The notes beneath the pieces were generated by a model. It saw only the letters and a list, made by a program, of their open reading frames with translations, made no database searches and was not told the origin of the DNA. From positions 320,001-384,000 of the forward strand of contig JAVCBU010000006.1 in assembly GCA_037917685.1 (NCBI GenBank): 64,000 nt of DNA. The letters run 5' to 3'. The first letter of the stretch is position 1. Each line of letters opens with the position of its first letter. Positions 8,426 through 17,634 of the stretch are shown here, in pieces. The position numbers and the translations under genes are program-made. Origin of the DNA: Thermoproteota archaeon. GTDB lineage: Archaea > Korarchaeota > Korarchaeia > Korarchaeales > JAOZGB01.

Positions 8426-9304
8426 ATGATAATCTTGATTGAATTATCAAAACTGGAAGAAGAGCTGAGGGTTTTAGAAGATCTTTACAAATCGGGTCAG
8501 ATTTCAAGAGAAAAGTATATCAGTCGGATATCTGAAATTAAAGAGAGATTCGAGGCTATTAAAAGGAAGTACAGCTTGGAGAAGGGTGGAAAAGCCAAAG
8601 TGAAGCCTAGAATCTCACAAACAGAGTTGACCTATCTAAATATCATTAGAAAGTTCCCTGACATTTTAACACCGAAAATAGAGGGGTTCCTCCGAGTCTC
8701 ATTTAAGAAAGCCGCTGAGGTTTTCGGAGAGCAGGAAAGCGAAACGATGAGCACCCTTACCAGGCTGGAGTCGGCGGGTGTACTCAGAAAGGAGAGGATG
8801 TTATCTCTTTTGAAGTGCCCAAAATGTGGTAATGAGGGTCTGGTGCTGACCGTTAGGTGCCCTCACTGCGATAGCCCTAGCCTGCACAAAAGAATCATTC
8901 TGAAACACTTGCCATGCGGCCATGTGGACTTTACAGAAAACTATATGAGAGAAAGAGGGAGCCTGGTATGTCCTTCATGTTTTAGACCTATAGAGAACGA
9001 GTATGAGAAGCTAGGGATATTTGTGTGCGAAGAATGCGGGAGAGTATCCTCTCTTCCTCTCGTCAAAGGTTTCTGCACTGCTTGCCAAGCGGAAGTTGAT
9101 GTGAGAGACTCGGATATACTGCCTGTCTTTTCGTTCTCCATGCCATCCGAAATAGCTAAGCATGTTATGCCAGAGCTTTCAGCGTTTGAGTTTGAAAAGG
9201 AATTCACAGAAAGGATAGAGAAGCATCTCAGAGTTGCAAGGCAGGAGAGTGATAAGTCTACCGAGATAAGGAAGCTTTTCAAAGAGATTCTGGAAAAGAA
9301 GTAG
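8426..9304 (+). CDS. multi-zinc-ribbon TackOD1-like protein with N-terminal SHOCT-like motif
   Basis: wHTH-like LTRLESAGVL followed by CPKC, CPHC, HLPCGH, CPSC, CEEC, CTAC; N-terminal LYKSGQISREKY. Confidence 0.75.
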   Translation: MIILIELSKLEEELRVLEDLYKSGQISREKYISRISEIKERFEAIKRKYSLEKGGKAKVKPRISQTELTYLNIIRKFPDILTPKIEGFLRVSFKKAAEVFGEQESETMSTLTRLESAGVLRKERMLSLLKCPKCGNEGLVLTVRCPHCDSPSLHKRIILKHLPCGHVDFTENYMRERGSLVCPSCFRPIENEYEKLGIFVCEECGRVSSLPLVKGFCTACQAEVDVRDSDILPVFSFSMPSEIAKHVMPELSAFEFEKEFTERIEKHLRVARQESDKSTEIRKLFKEILEKK

Positions 9305-9371
9305 ATAGAATCGCAGGCTTGGAGATCCGAAGGTATGATTTAAATTATTAACATCATAAGATGGATAAATT

Positions 9372-10247
9372 ATGTTGTCTTCATCAAAGTCATTTCTCAT
9401 GATACTACTGGCTAATCTTTTATTGTCTCTCAGTCAGCCTCCAGTTCAGATTAAACTTTCATATCCTGAGAAGGTTAGGATTGGAGAGGTTGCAAATATA
9501 ACTGTAAGTATTAAAAATATGTGGGGTGGGGAAATCCCCTCCATTATAGTATGCGATAACGTAACCCATACCTGTAGATTTATTGGCCCATTGCAACCAG
9601 GTCAGGAGGATTATCTGACGTATCAAGCCAAGATACTTGAGCCTAAAGCATATAATTTCTACTTCACGGTGGATATTCCAAGCTTGAACTATACCTCAAC
9701 TTACTACGCGCACATACAGGGGTTTATGTATGATTCTCTCCTCCCATTTGTCATGGTTTCCGGGCCGCTGCTTCTAACAGTTTTGTTATATAGGCGCAGA
9801 AACCGAATTCCCTTTATATTAGCCTTGTTAGGCATGGTTTTATGGGCTTTATATGGTGTTTGGAGTGTGGAGTATAGTCTTATCCTAAGATTCTCAACCG
9901 AGATATGCCTGAGCTGCCTTGGTCTAGAGGCGGAGAAACATGTTGCGACACTTTCCCCCGAGAGTGTGGCCAGGCTTAACTCTCTGGAGAGGGAAGTACA
10001 CATAATCTTGTTCACAAGTGAGCATTGTAAGGCCTGTCCAGCTGCGAAACACCTTGTCAGCCTCATTTCAAACGCATCTGGAGGCATGGTCAAGTACGTT
10101 GAGCTAGACGTGGCAACACACAAGTCTGAGGCTGAGGAGTACGGCGTTAGGTTTGTTCCAACAATCATAGTTGGTAACGTTAAGATTGAGGGTGTGCCGT
10201 CGGAGGGGTATTTGGTTGACGTGATAGTTAAGGAAGCTGGAGGGTGA
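9372..10247 (+). CDS. membrane-anchored thioredoxin-fold protein with Ig-like N-domain and CLSCLG motif
   Basis: Signal peptide, CARDB-like segment (ITVSIKN...LQPGQE), 2 TM helices, ICLSCLGLE, thioredoxin CKAC and cis-Pro VPT. Confidence 0.8.
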   Translation: MLSSSKSFLMILLANLLLSLSQPPVQIKLSYPEKVRIGEVANITVSIKNMWGGEIPSIIVCDNVTHTCRFIGPLQPGQEDYLTYQAKILEPKAYNFYFTVDIPSLNYTSTYYAHIQGFMYDSLLPFVMVSGPLLLTVLLYRRRNRIPFILALLGMVLWALYGVWSVEYSLILRFSTEICLSCLGLEAEKHVATLSPESVARLNSLEREVHIILFTSEHCKACPAAKHLVSLISNASGGMVKYVELDVATHKSEAEEYGVRFVPTIIVGNVKIEGVPSEGYLVDVIVKEAGG

Positions 10248-11083
10248 GTGGTTTGAGGGGTAGGCTCATCCGCCTTAGAAGGGTGCTTCAATTCATCGGG
10301 TTAGTATTGGCAAACCTTGGAGTACTTGGTCTTTCCCACATAGGCTTCGTATATCCATACCTCTACTGCTACGCTTGTCCCTACTCCATTCTCGGCTGTC
10401 CATTCGGGGTTCTCCAAAACATGATGATCGTCCGGGCCATCCCCTTTCTAAGCATTGGAGGTCTATTCTCGATATATCTTTTTTCAGGTAGGTTCTTCTG
10501 CGGGTGGATCTGCCCTATAGGACTGCTCACGGAGATGTTTCATAAAGCTGAGAGACTTATATACACTAAACTCCTTAAAGTTGAGGTGAAAATGGCTTCA
10601 CCACCCAAGCCTTCAACATTCGTTAAGTACGGGGTTCTAGTAGTTTCGCTGATAGTAGCCTACATGTTTAAAGATACCTACTTCTGTAAAGGGTGCATAG
10701 CTGGGTTCTTGGTTGCGGGGATACCGTATAGGCTAAGGCTTCATATAGGTCTCTTCTCAGGTCTAACCCTAACCCATCCCTTTACAATACACATTATAAC
10801 CTTCATCATAATCCTAATTCTAAGCCTATCATACCTCGGAAAGTTCTGGTGCAGGTTTATATGTCCTGTCGGTGCGCTAGCGGGAATTCTAAACAATGTT
10901 TCACTTCTCAGGCTTGAATATGATGAGTCAAAATGTACAGGATGCATGTTATGTGTACAGGCGTGCCCTATGGCTATCAATCCCACGCATCTAGACGCTT
11001 ACACAGAGTCAGACTGTATAAGATGCGGCTCCTGCGTTGACGCATGTCAAAATGGGAGTCTAAGACTATTGTTTAAACCCTAA
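10244..11083 (+). CDS. membrane polyferredoxin (NapH/MauN-like 4Fe-4S binding protein)
   Basis: CYAC, GCP, FCGWICP, WCRFICP and two CxxCxxCxxxC motifs. Confidence 0.9.
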   Translation: MSGLRGRLIRLRRVLQFIGLVLANLGVLGLSHIGFVYPYLYCYACPYSILGCPFGVLQNMMIVRAIPFLSIGGLFSIYLFSGRFFCGWICPIGLLTEMFHKAERLIYTKLLKVEVKMASPPKPSTFVKYGVLVVSLIVAYMFKDTYFCKGCIAGFLVAGIPYRLRLHIGLFSGLTLTHPFTIHIITFIIILILSLSYLGKFWCRFICPVGALAGILNNVSLLRLEYDESKCTGCMLCVQACPMAINPTHLDAYTESDCIRCGSCVDACQNGSLRLLFKP

Positions 11084-12192
11084 TCTGTAATGACGATTAA
11101 ACACTCCGACAACTGTACCTGGCCATCGAAGTTTAGATCCCTCCACTCTATAACAGCCATTGTAATTCCTTGGAACAAGCTGCCTGATAAAGCAACCATA
11201 AGCGATGCAGCCTTCGTACCATATCTTGTGCATCCCTGGATAGAAAGAATATATCCATCCCCCTCCTCTGTAAAGTATATAACTGCGTAATCCCTCCATC
11301 CCCAGTATTCGCGCTTGTAGGTCCACTCAGAGCCAAGTGCTCTAAGTACTACCGCATCCTCTAGCACGGTAAAGTCCACGTCTACCTTATCATTCAATTT
11401 CGCTACTCCAGGTACTGCGACTGGTCCTCCAACGGTTATTAGAGGCCTGTCTTTCGGGATAGCGTATAGTTGAAGACTTCCCTCTGCCTTTAGCGCTGAA
11501 TCTAGTAACATTACAGAGGCATAGTCGCTGATGCTGCCATATACTATTGTTGAATACATAGATTTGTTGAGTATAAATCCGTAAATGTCATGGGCTGTGG
11601 CGTTGACAGGAGGTGGTGTTGGCGGAATGTAGCTTCTCTGATATCCTACCACAGCCCTAATCATAATGTTTCCATTTACAGGTGTATAACTTTTATTACC
11701 GCAAAAGTAAATGTAGCTCCTCCCTTTAGACGGGGAACTCGTGTCTAAACCTACCATGGGTCTGTAGCCATTTGGAGTTTCTTTTAAAGGTTTTATAAGT
11801 ATGTAGAAGCCTGGCATAGGAGCATCAAGACTGTAACCTTGAAGGTTAACTTCGCACCATCCGGAAGACTCAGGTTTAAAATGCTCACCGGTATAGATGC
11901 TGTATCTAAATGTTTCCACATACTCCGAACTCCACAAAACAATGTCAAACTCTTCAGCAGAGTCTAAGTAAACCTTTACTGACAAAAGCTTGCCTTCAGG
12001 CTGGTCTACAGTAAAGTAAACCATGTAATAGCATCCTCTTATGCTACCAAGGTTTAGAAACCCCTCCGCTGAACCGTCGTCGTAGCTTATCTCTACAGGC
12101 AATATCTGCGCCTCGGCGTATTGGTAAGTTGTTAGAATGAGGCATACAATGGCAAATACAGCAGTTAACCCCGAGAAACTGCGCATATGCAA
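11080..12192 (-). CDS. secreted/surface hypothetical protein with C-terminal DxNxDG Ca-binding motif
   Basis: Signal peptide; ISYDDG beta domain; Pro linker; VGGP; GTKAA; WRDLNFDG. Confidence 0.7.
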   Translation of the reverse strand: MHMRSFSGLTAVFAIVCLILTTYQYAEAQILPVEISYDDGSAEGFLNLGSIRGCYYMVYFTVDQPEGKLLSVKVYLDSAEEFDIVLWSSEYVETFRYSIYTGEHFKPESSGWCEVNLQGYSLDAPMPGFYILIKPLKETPNGYRPMVGLDTSSPSKGRSYIYFCGNKSYTPVNGNIMIRAVVGYQRSYIPPTPPPVNATAHDIYGFILNKSMYSTIVYGSISDYASVMLLDSALKAEGSLQLYAIPKDRPLITVGGPVAVPGVAKLNDKVDVDFTVLEDAVVLRALGSEWTYKREYWGWRDYAVIYFTEEGDGYILSIQGCTRYGTKAASLMVALSGSLFQGITMAVIEWRDLNFDGQVQLSECLIVITD

Positions 12193-12262
12193 CTATTACT
12201 TTTTCTTTACAATTAAAACTTTTCAATGCCGATATTTAATGATCATGTTAAACGTGTCTAAT

Positions 12263-13015
12263 ATGAAACATGTTCTCCTATATCTTCCTAGAAGGAGGAA
12301 GAAATTTCTGGTTAGAGCTGATATTGCTGAGTTCCACAGCCATAAAGGTGTAGTAAGCCTTGAGAAGGCATTAAGCAAGGGATACGGCTCAATAATAGAG
12401 AGTTCTACTGGAGAGAAGTTTTATGTCTTCCAGCCTTTGCCTGTTGACATAGCGTTGAAAATGCGGAGGAGAACACAGATAATCTACCCTAAGGATGCCG
12501 GATACATGATATTAAAATCCGGAGTCGGACCCGGCTCGAGGATTGTAGAAGGGGGGACTGGTACGGGAGCCTTAACCATACTCCTTTCTCACATTGTGGG
12601 GGATGAGGGAAAAGTATACAGCTACGAGGTTAGAGAGGAATTCATGAAGCTTGCCATGAGGAACGTTGAACTATACGGCTATCCTAATCGTGTTGAATTT
12701 AAGCTTAAAGACATATGTGAGGGCGTTGATGAGAAAGAGGTAGATGCGGTGTTCCTGGATATTCCAAACCCTTGGGATGCTGTAGATAAAGTGTGGGGAA
12801 GCCTTAAACCATCAAAGGTATTATGTGTCTTTGTTCCATCTGTGAACCAGGTGGAGAAAGCCTACTTTTCAATGTCTGGCTTGTTCGAAGACGTAGAAAT
12901 CGTTGAGATCTTCTTGAGAAGGATTTCAGTAACAAGGGAAAGGGTTAGACCAGAAACTAGGATGATCGGGCATACAGGCTATATAATAACTGGAAGGAAG
13001 GTGGTAAAGGAATGA
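12263..13015 (+). CDS. trmI: tRNA (adenine-N1)-methyltransferase
   Basis: TQIIYPKD, VEGGTGTGALT, DAVFLDIPNPW, RMIGHTGY; ATG at 12263 preferred over ORF start 12137. Confidence 0.93.
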   Translation: MKHVLLYLPRRRKKFLVRADIAEFHSHKGVVSLEKALSKGYGSIIESSTGEKFYVFQPLPVDIALKMRRRTQIIYPKDAGYMILKSGVGPGSRIVEGGTGTGALTILLSHIVGDEGKVYSYEVREEFMKLAMRNVELYGYPNRVEFKLKDICEGVDEKEVDAVFLDIPNPWDAVDKVWGSLKPSKVLCVFVPSVNQVEKAYFSMSGLFEDVEIVEIFLRRISVTRERVRPETRMIGHTGYIITGRKVVKE

Positions 13016-14283
13016 GATCTGAAAGAGTAGAGATAGGTAAAGCGTTAGTGTCTTTCTTTAAGTCACCCCTGCACACATTGCCTGAGGAGGAAACCTCCAG
13101 GACTATTGGGGACGTGCTTTCAGCCCTAGTAGAAGCTGGATTTGAACCTAAATCATTTGGGGTGCATAGTAGCCCTGTAAAGATAGATGAGGAATGTGAC
13201 GTACTGGTATTTTACTTCCTTACCGGTGGAACAGGCCGAATCGCCTTTGAAACATGGCTTACCTCAAAGAAGCCTGTAATACTTCTCGCGGGAGAGAAGA
13301 ATAATTCATTACCCTCTGCTAGAAGGACGGAGCAGCTAATAAGGTGGAATGGAGGATTTCCGGTAGTAGTATACCATGAGGATTTTCTAGGACGAACCCT
13401 CCGCAGGTTGGCCGAGTCAGCAACACTCTCTATGGTACCATGGAAGCTATCAGCCTCTACTTTCGGCGTAATCGGAGGGGATATATCACGTTTTAGGCTT
13501 GCAGAGTCGATGTTCGGCTTTAATACTGTTGAAATACCTGTTGAGTCGATTCTGGATGCTTTCAATAAGATTAGTAGGGAAAGAGCTGAAGAGGGGGCTA
13601 GGGAGATTGCATCGAGGGTTCTCGACATACTCGAACCATCAATGCTCGATATAACAGGGGCATACAAACTTTACATCGCGATAAAGAAAATAGTTGAGTC
13701 CCTAGGCCTCAACGCTATATCTGTAGACTGTTTTCCACTAATAGAGGAGTTTAAGGTTACACCTTGCCTTGCAGTCTCACTATTAAACGACGAAGGGATT
13801 ACGTTTGGGTGCGAGGCTGAAGCCGACAGCCTGATAACCATGCATATTTTCAGACTTCTAACGGGAAAGCCGTCGTGGATGGTGAACGTAAACACCCTGA
13901 ACTATGAGAAAAGAATGATTGGAGTGTCGCATTGTACAATGCCTGCAAGCCTTTCAGGAGGTATCGAATCGGTAACGCTGAGATCCCATTTTGAATCGAA
14001 GGCCAGCGTTGCAATCTCCGGCGACTACAAGCCTTTGAAAGTAACCCTTGCAAAGATTACAGGCAAGAAATTCGAAAAGCTGTATCTTGCAAGGGGCCGA
14101 GTGTTGAAGTCCAACCTTATGCTGGAATATATGTGCAGATCTCAAGCCTTCATAAAGCTGGATCAGGGATTTGAGAACTTCATTTTCAGCGATATGGGGA
14201 ACCATATTGTGATAATGGCCGGAGACCATATTAAAAGCCTAAAGAGGATAGCTGAATTCTACAGCATGGAAGTAAAAACATAA
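13012..14283 (+). CDS. L-fucose/L-arabinose isomerase-like protein
   Basis: NNSLPS, AISVDCF, PCLAVSLLND, CEAE, SHCT, LRSHFES, CRSQ, GNH. Confidence 0.75.
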   Translation: MRSERVEIGKALVSFFKSPLHTLPEEETSRTIGDVLSALVEAGFEPKSFGVHSSPVKIDEECDVLVFYFLTGGTGRIAFETWLTSKKPVILLAGEKNNSLPSARRTEQLIRWNGGFPVVVYHEDFLGRTLRRLAESATLSMVPWKLSASTFGVIGGDISRFRLAESMFGFNTVEIPVESILDAFNKISRERAEEGAREIASRVLDILEPSMLDITGAYKLYIAIKKIVESLGLNAISVDCFPLIEEFKVTPCLAVSLLNDEGITFGCEAEADSLITMHIFRLLTGKPSWMVNVNTLNYEKRMIGVSHCTMPASLSGGIESVTLRSHFESKASVAISGDYKPLKVTLAKITGKKFEKLYLARGRVLKSNLMLEYMCRSQAFIKLDQGFENFIFSDMGNHIVIMAGDHIKSLKRIAEFYSMEVKT

Positions 14284-14298
14284 TAAAATAAGGGGGGT

Positions 14299-14562
14299 TT
14301 AGGTTTTCCTTCCCCCGTCCTTGTCCTCTATTTCCATTAGACGCTTCTCATAGTCCTCTAGAAAGTTCAACCCCTTCTCGGTGATGTAAATCCTCTCTCC
14401 TCTAAACCTTCTTCTCCGCTGGATGTAACCCTTTCTCGTAAAGAGAGTCAAAACATACTCCCTAGCCTCCCTGTCCGAGACAAGCTCTGATGCAACGATG
14501 CCGTCGGGGAAGACATCGCGAAGCCGTTGAAGCGCTCGAATATGAGCCTCAAGCAATTCCAA
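14299..14562 (-). CDS. small winged-helix protein
   Basis: KGYI...IYITEKGLNFLE wHTH wing signature. Confidence 0.65.
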   Translation of the reverse strand: MELLEAHIRALQRLRDVFPDGIVASELVSDREAREYVLTLFTRKGYIQRRRRFRGERIYITEKGLNFLEDYEKRLMEIEDKDGGRKT

Positions 14563-14687
14563 GCCCTAGCCACCTATGTGGGGCAGTTAGTATTATAACT
14601 CCTCCCTAGCTTTTAAATCTTAATAAGGATGTGGAGACTCCTATTTTCACAGATGAACCGTAAACAAAACTATTTTTAACAAAATAT

Positions 14688-16097
14688 TCATTTGTGATGT
14701 CTTACTTTAACAAATGGATGATGGTCGAAATAATTTATTTCACATGCCGATAATAATGTTTTACCAGTTCCTATCACCTCCCCCGCCGGATCGACAATTA
14801 TTACTTCATCGGAGGGTCTAATTTGATCGTCTAACTCTAAAACGTGGTCCGTGTACACTGATAGTCCTTCCAAAACATTCTTTACAAATTTATCTCTAAC
14901 CTTAACGGTGAAACGGCCATTTAACACTCTAGAGAGCCTCCTCGCCCCCTCCATGTTCGGGATGAAAAAGCCGTCCTCCGGCCTTATCATGCCGATGACA
15001 ATGTCCCCGTCCAAGACGTTCCTAAGCATCCCAGTTCTCTTCGATTTTGAACCTCTAATATTCCTGAGACACGTAGACACGTCTACCCCGTACTGAAACT
15101 CTAATGTACTCCTCACCTGCTCTCTAACAGTAGGTTTAGCTCTCGGCTCTCTAAATAATGGAAATTCCATATGGCTAAACGGATACACAAACCTAAGGCC
15201 AATAGGCACCTTGCCTAATGGAGTGTTGAAGCTTTTTCCATCTTTGATTTCCTTAAGCCTTCCATACGCCCGTCTAAGATCAGGTCTAAACCATGTCTCT
15301 ACACCATAATAGAATACTGGCCCCCTTCTCGTTCTAGGCTCGAACTTCTCCAAGATATCGGCATAGCTATCAAAAATATGAAATAGGCATTCAAGGCTGT
15401 TGGAATAGGCTCTCGCCGTTTCTTCAGCGAGATTCCACAGTTCACCATTTAAGATGGCGTTTCTCACTCGTGCGAATACCATTCTATAAACGTATAAGTT
15501 ATGCCCATATACATCTCCGCTCTCAGAGAGGCAATATGGGCAGGAGCAAGGCGTTTCCTCAAGCCTCTCTTTACCAATGCTGGAATACATGGTTAAGTAT
15601 AGACCCCTCTGAGAATATCTGAATGCTCCATCTGTCGCTATAATATCGCATCCAACAGAGTAGAGTAGCGGAAGAGTGGAGGGATGTCCATTGTAGATGC
15701 CTATTATAAGCTTATCCATGCCCAAGCTGAGTCTTGAAGTTATGATTTGGTCTATAAGCACCGTATTAAGGTTTGCCGGGATTTCGATGAAAATAAGGGA
15801 GAACCCGCCTTTCTTTATATATGAGGTGAATCCTTCAATATCCCCTGGTTCATCTCGAAGCCTGACATATCCTATACCCATCTTATAGCCGTCCACAATG
15901 CGGTCATTGTTTGGAAGTTCAATCTTTACATTCCCCAGCATGAGGGCTCCATTCTCATAGTGGAAATCACATGTGGGTAGCCGCCTCCCTCTTCTTCTCT
16001 GGGCTAGCCCGGGGATACGGAATGTCGAATCAGATATTCCAACCCTGCCAGCCCTTGCGAGGCCCTCTCTAACCGTGATCTTCAGGTTTACTTTCAT
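14688..16097 (-). CDS. divergent archaeosine tRNA-guanine transglycosylase-like protein with PUA domain
   Basis: GLARAG N-terminus, Zn site CSCPYC...HNLY, VRNAILNGELWNLAE, C-terminal PUA (IRPSDEVIIV...VKVRH). Confidence 0.75.
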   Translation of the reverse strand: MKVNLKITVREGLARAGRVGISDSTFRIPGLAQRRRGRRLPTCDFHYENGALMLGNVKIELPNNDRIVDGYKMGIGYVRLRDEPGDIEGFTSYIKKGGFSLIFIEIPANLNTVLIDQIITSRLSLGMDKLIIGIYNGHPSTLPLLYSVGCDIIATDGAFRYSQRGLYLTMYSSIGKERLEETPCSCPYCLSESGDVYGHNLYVYRMVFARVRNAILNGELWNLAEETARAYSNSLECLFHIFDSYADILEKFEPRTRRGPVFYYGVETWFRPDLRRAYGRLKEIKDGKSFNTPLGKVPIGLRFVYPFSHMEFPLFREPRAKPTVREQVRSTLEFQYGVDVSTCLRNIRGSKSKRTGMLRNVLDGDIVIGMIRPEDGFFIPNMEGARRLSRVLNGRFTVKVRDKFVKNVLEGLSVYTDHVLELDDQIRPSDEVIIVDPAGEVIGTGKTLLSACEINYFDHHPFVKVRHHK

Positions 16098-16854
16098 GCC
16101 TCATCGATCCGAAAAATATACATTCATCTCTTGGTATAAACATTATATTGCTGTGTATCCATCTATCCGTGCATCTTACGGGTGCGTTTCTTATTAGCAC
16201 GAATGGGGTTAGCTCGTCTCTCTCGCCAAAGTAAAGCTCGGCTGTTGAAGCAAGCATATCTGCAAGGGCTCTTCTCGTCACAAGGAGGGGTTTGCCGTAA
16301 ATATCAGGCTTACCCCTCTCATCAGAAAGGGGTTCAAAACCAGCCACGGCGAGAGCCACCCCAACGGTTCCCCTTCTTAGGGGTTCAATCCTGCTGTCAA
16401 CAATCAGTATCCCAATTTTAACTCCTGTCCTCTCATATATTTCGCGTCGCAGCCTATGTGCTACAGCCTCAGGATTCTCTGGGGGGAGCACAACCATTCC
16501 ATAGGGGGCGTTCGACTTGTCCACCCCTGCATTGCCCAGGACAACACCGTCCCTGATGGTTAGAATATAATGTTTAACACCCCCTATCACTTCGTTAGCC
16601 TCTCGAATTACCAGTTCAGCGATTTCGGGTGTTAAGTCGTACTTTAAAGCCATTTTCACAGCCTCAGCCGACGGTTTAACCTCGGAGAGGCTGACAAGAC
16701 GGCCTTGGCTATAAGACACAACCTTGCTTGTTACAGCTACCACATCCCCATCACTAATTCTAACTCCTGAATCCTCTAGCGCCCTAATTAAGGCTTCAGC
16801 CAGGTCTTCACCTATCCCTATAGGTTTATCTACTTTAACACCGATAACCTCCAT
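16069..16854 (-). CDS. cofE: coenzyme F420-0:L-glutamate ligase
   Basis: GDVVAVTSKVVS, NAGVDKSN, VDS...PLRRG, DIYGKPL. Confidence 0.92.
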   Translation of the reverse strand: MEVIGVKVDKPIGIGEDLAEALIRALEDSGVRISDGDVVAVTSKVVSYSQGRLVSLSEVKPSAEAVKMALKYDLTPEIAELVIREANEVIGGVKHYILTIRDGVVLGNAGVDKSNAPYGMVVLPPENPEAVAHRLRREIYERTGVKIGILIVDSRIEPLRRGTVGVALAVAGFEPLSDERGKPDIYGKPLLVTRRALADMLASTAELYFGERDELTPFVLIRNAPVRCTDRWIHSNIMFIPRDECIFFGSMRHESKPEDHG

Positions 16855-16857
16855 TCC

Positions 16858-17634
16858 CTATACACCCAGATGGTCAGGCAGTTCAGCTATACTACTAACT
16901 ACGATATCAGGCTTATCCGTACTTTTCCTAATATCTTCAATGCCCGTTGCCCCTGTTAGAACCATAACCATCTCTGCACCGATCCTTCTAGCCAGGGCAA
17001 GATCTGTCTCGAACCTATCACCCACCACTATACACCTCCCCGTGGGAATCCCGATGGTCTCTTCTAGGATGAGGGTTGACGGCTTACCGATCAGTATAGG
17101 CCTCTTACCGGTGCAAGTCTCTATAGATGACACTATCGCACCAGCACCCGGCTCCAAACCCCCCTCCAACGGCAACGTTGCATCCCTATTCGTGGCGATA
17201 AAAACTGCGCCGTTAACCACAGCCTTAAAAGCTCTGCTAAGCTTTTCATAGTTGAAACCTCTGTCTAGACCAACGCAGACATAGTCAGCTGTCTTCCAGT
17301 CGCTTACAATGTCTAAACCTTGACCCTTAAGCTCAGCCAATAGCCCTTCTTCACCGATGACTAGCACTCTCCCGCCTTGTCTCTTTGCAATGTACCTCGC
17401 TGAAGCAAATCCAGATGTTATAACTTCATCGATGCTAACCTGTATCCCCATCCGCCAAAGCTTCTCTACATATTTGGCTCGGTGAAGGGTTGAATTGTTA
17501 GTGATAAAATATATGTTTCCTATCTTTCTGATCCTCGCTAGGGCATCTGAGGCTCCCTTTACTGGGGTGTTACCCCTGTACACCACCCCGTCAAGGTCTA
17601 TAAGAAAAGTAGGCATCCTAAGCCTTACCCTCAA
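16858..17634 (-). CDS. HAD-IIA family hydrolase (NagD-like)
   Basis: DLDGV, ITNNS, GKP, VGDRFETD, VLTG. Confidence 0.92.
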   Translation of the reverse strand: MRVRLRMPTFLIDLDGVVYRGNTPVKGASDALARIRKIGNIYFITNNSTLHRAKYVEKLWRMGIQVSIDEVITSGFASARYIAKRQGGRVLVIGEEGLLAELKGQGLDIVSDWKTADYVCVGLDRGFNYEKLSRAFKAVVNGAVFIATNRDATLPLEGGLEPGAGAIVSSIETCTGKRPILIGKPSTLILEETIGIPTGRCIVVGDRFETDLALARRIGAEMVMVLTGATGIEDIRKSTDKPDIVVSSIAELPDHLGV

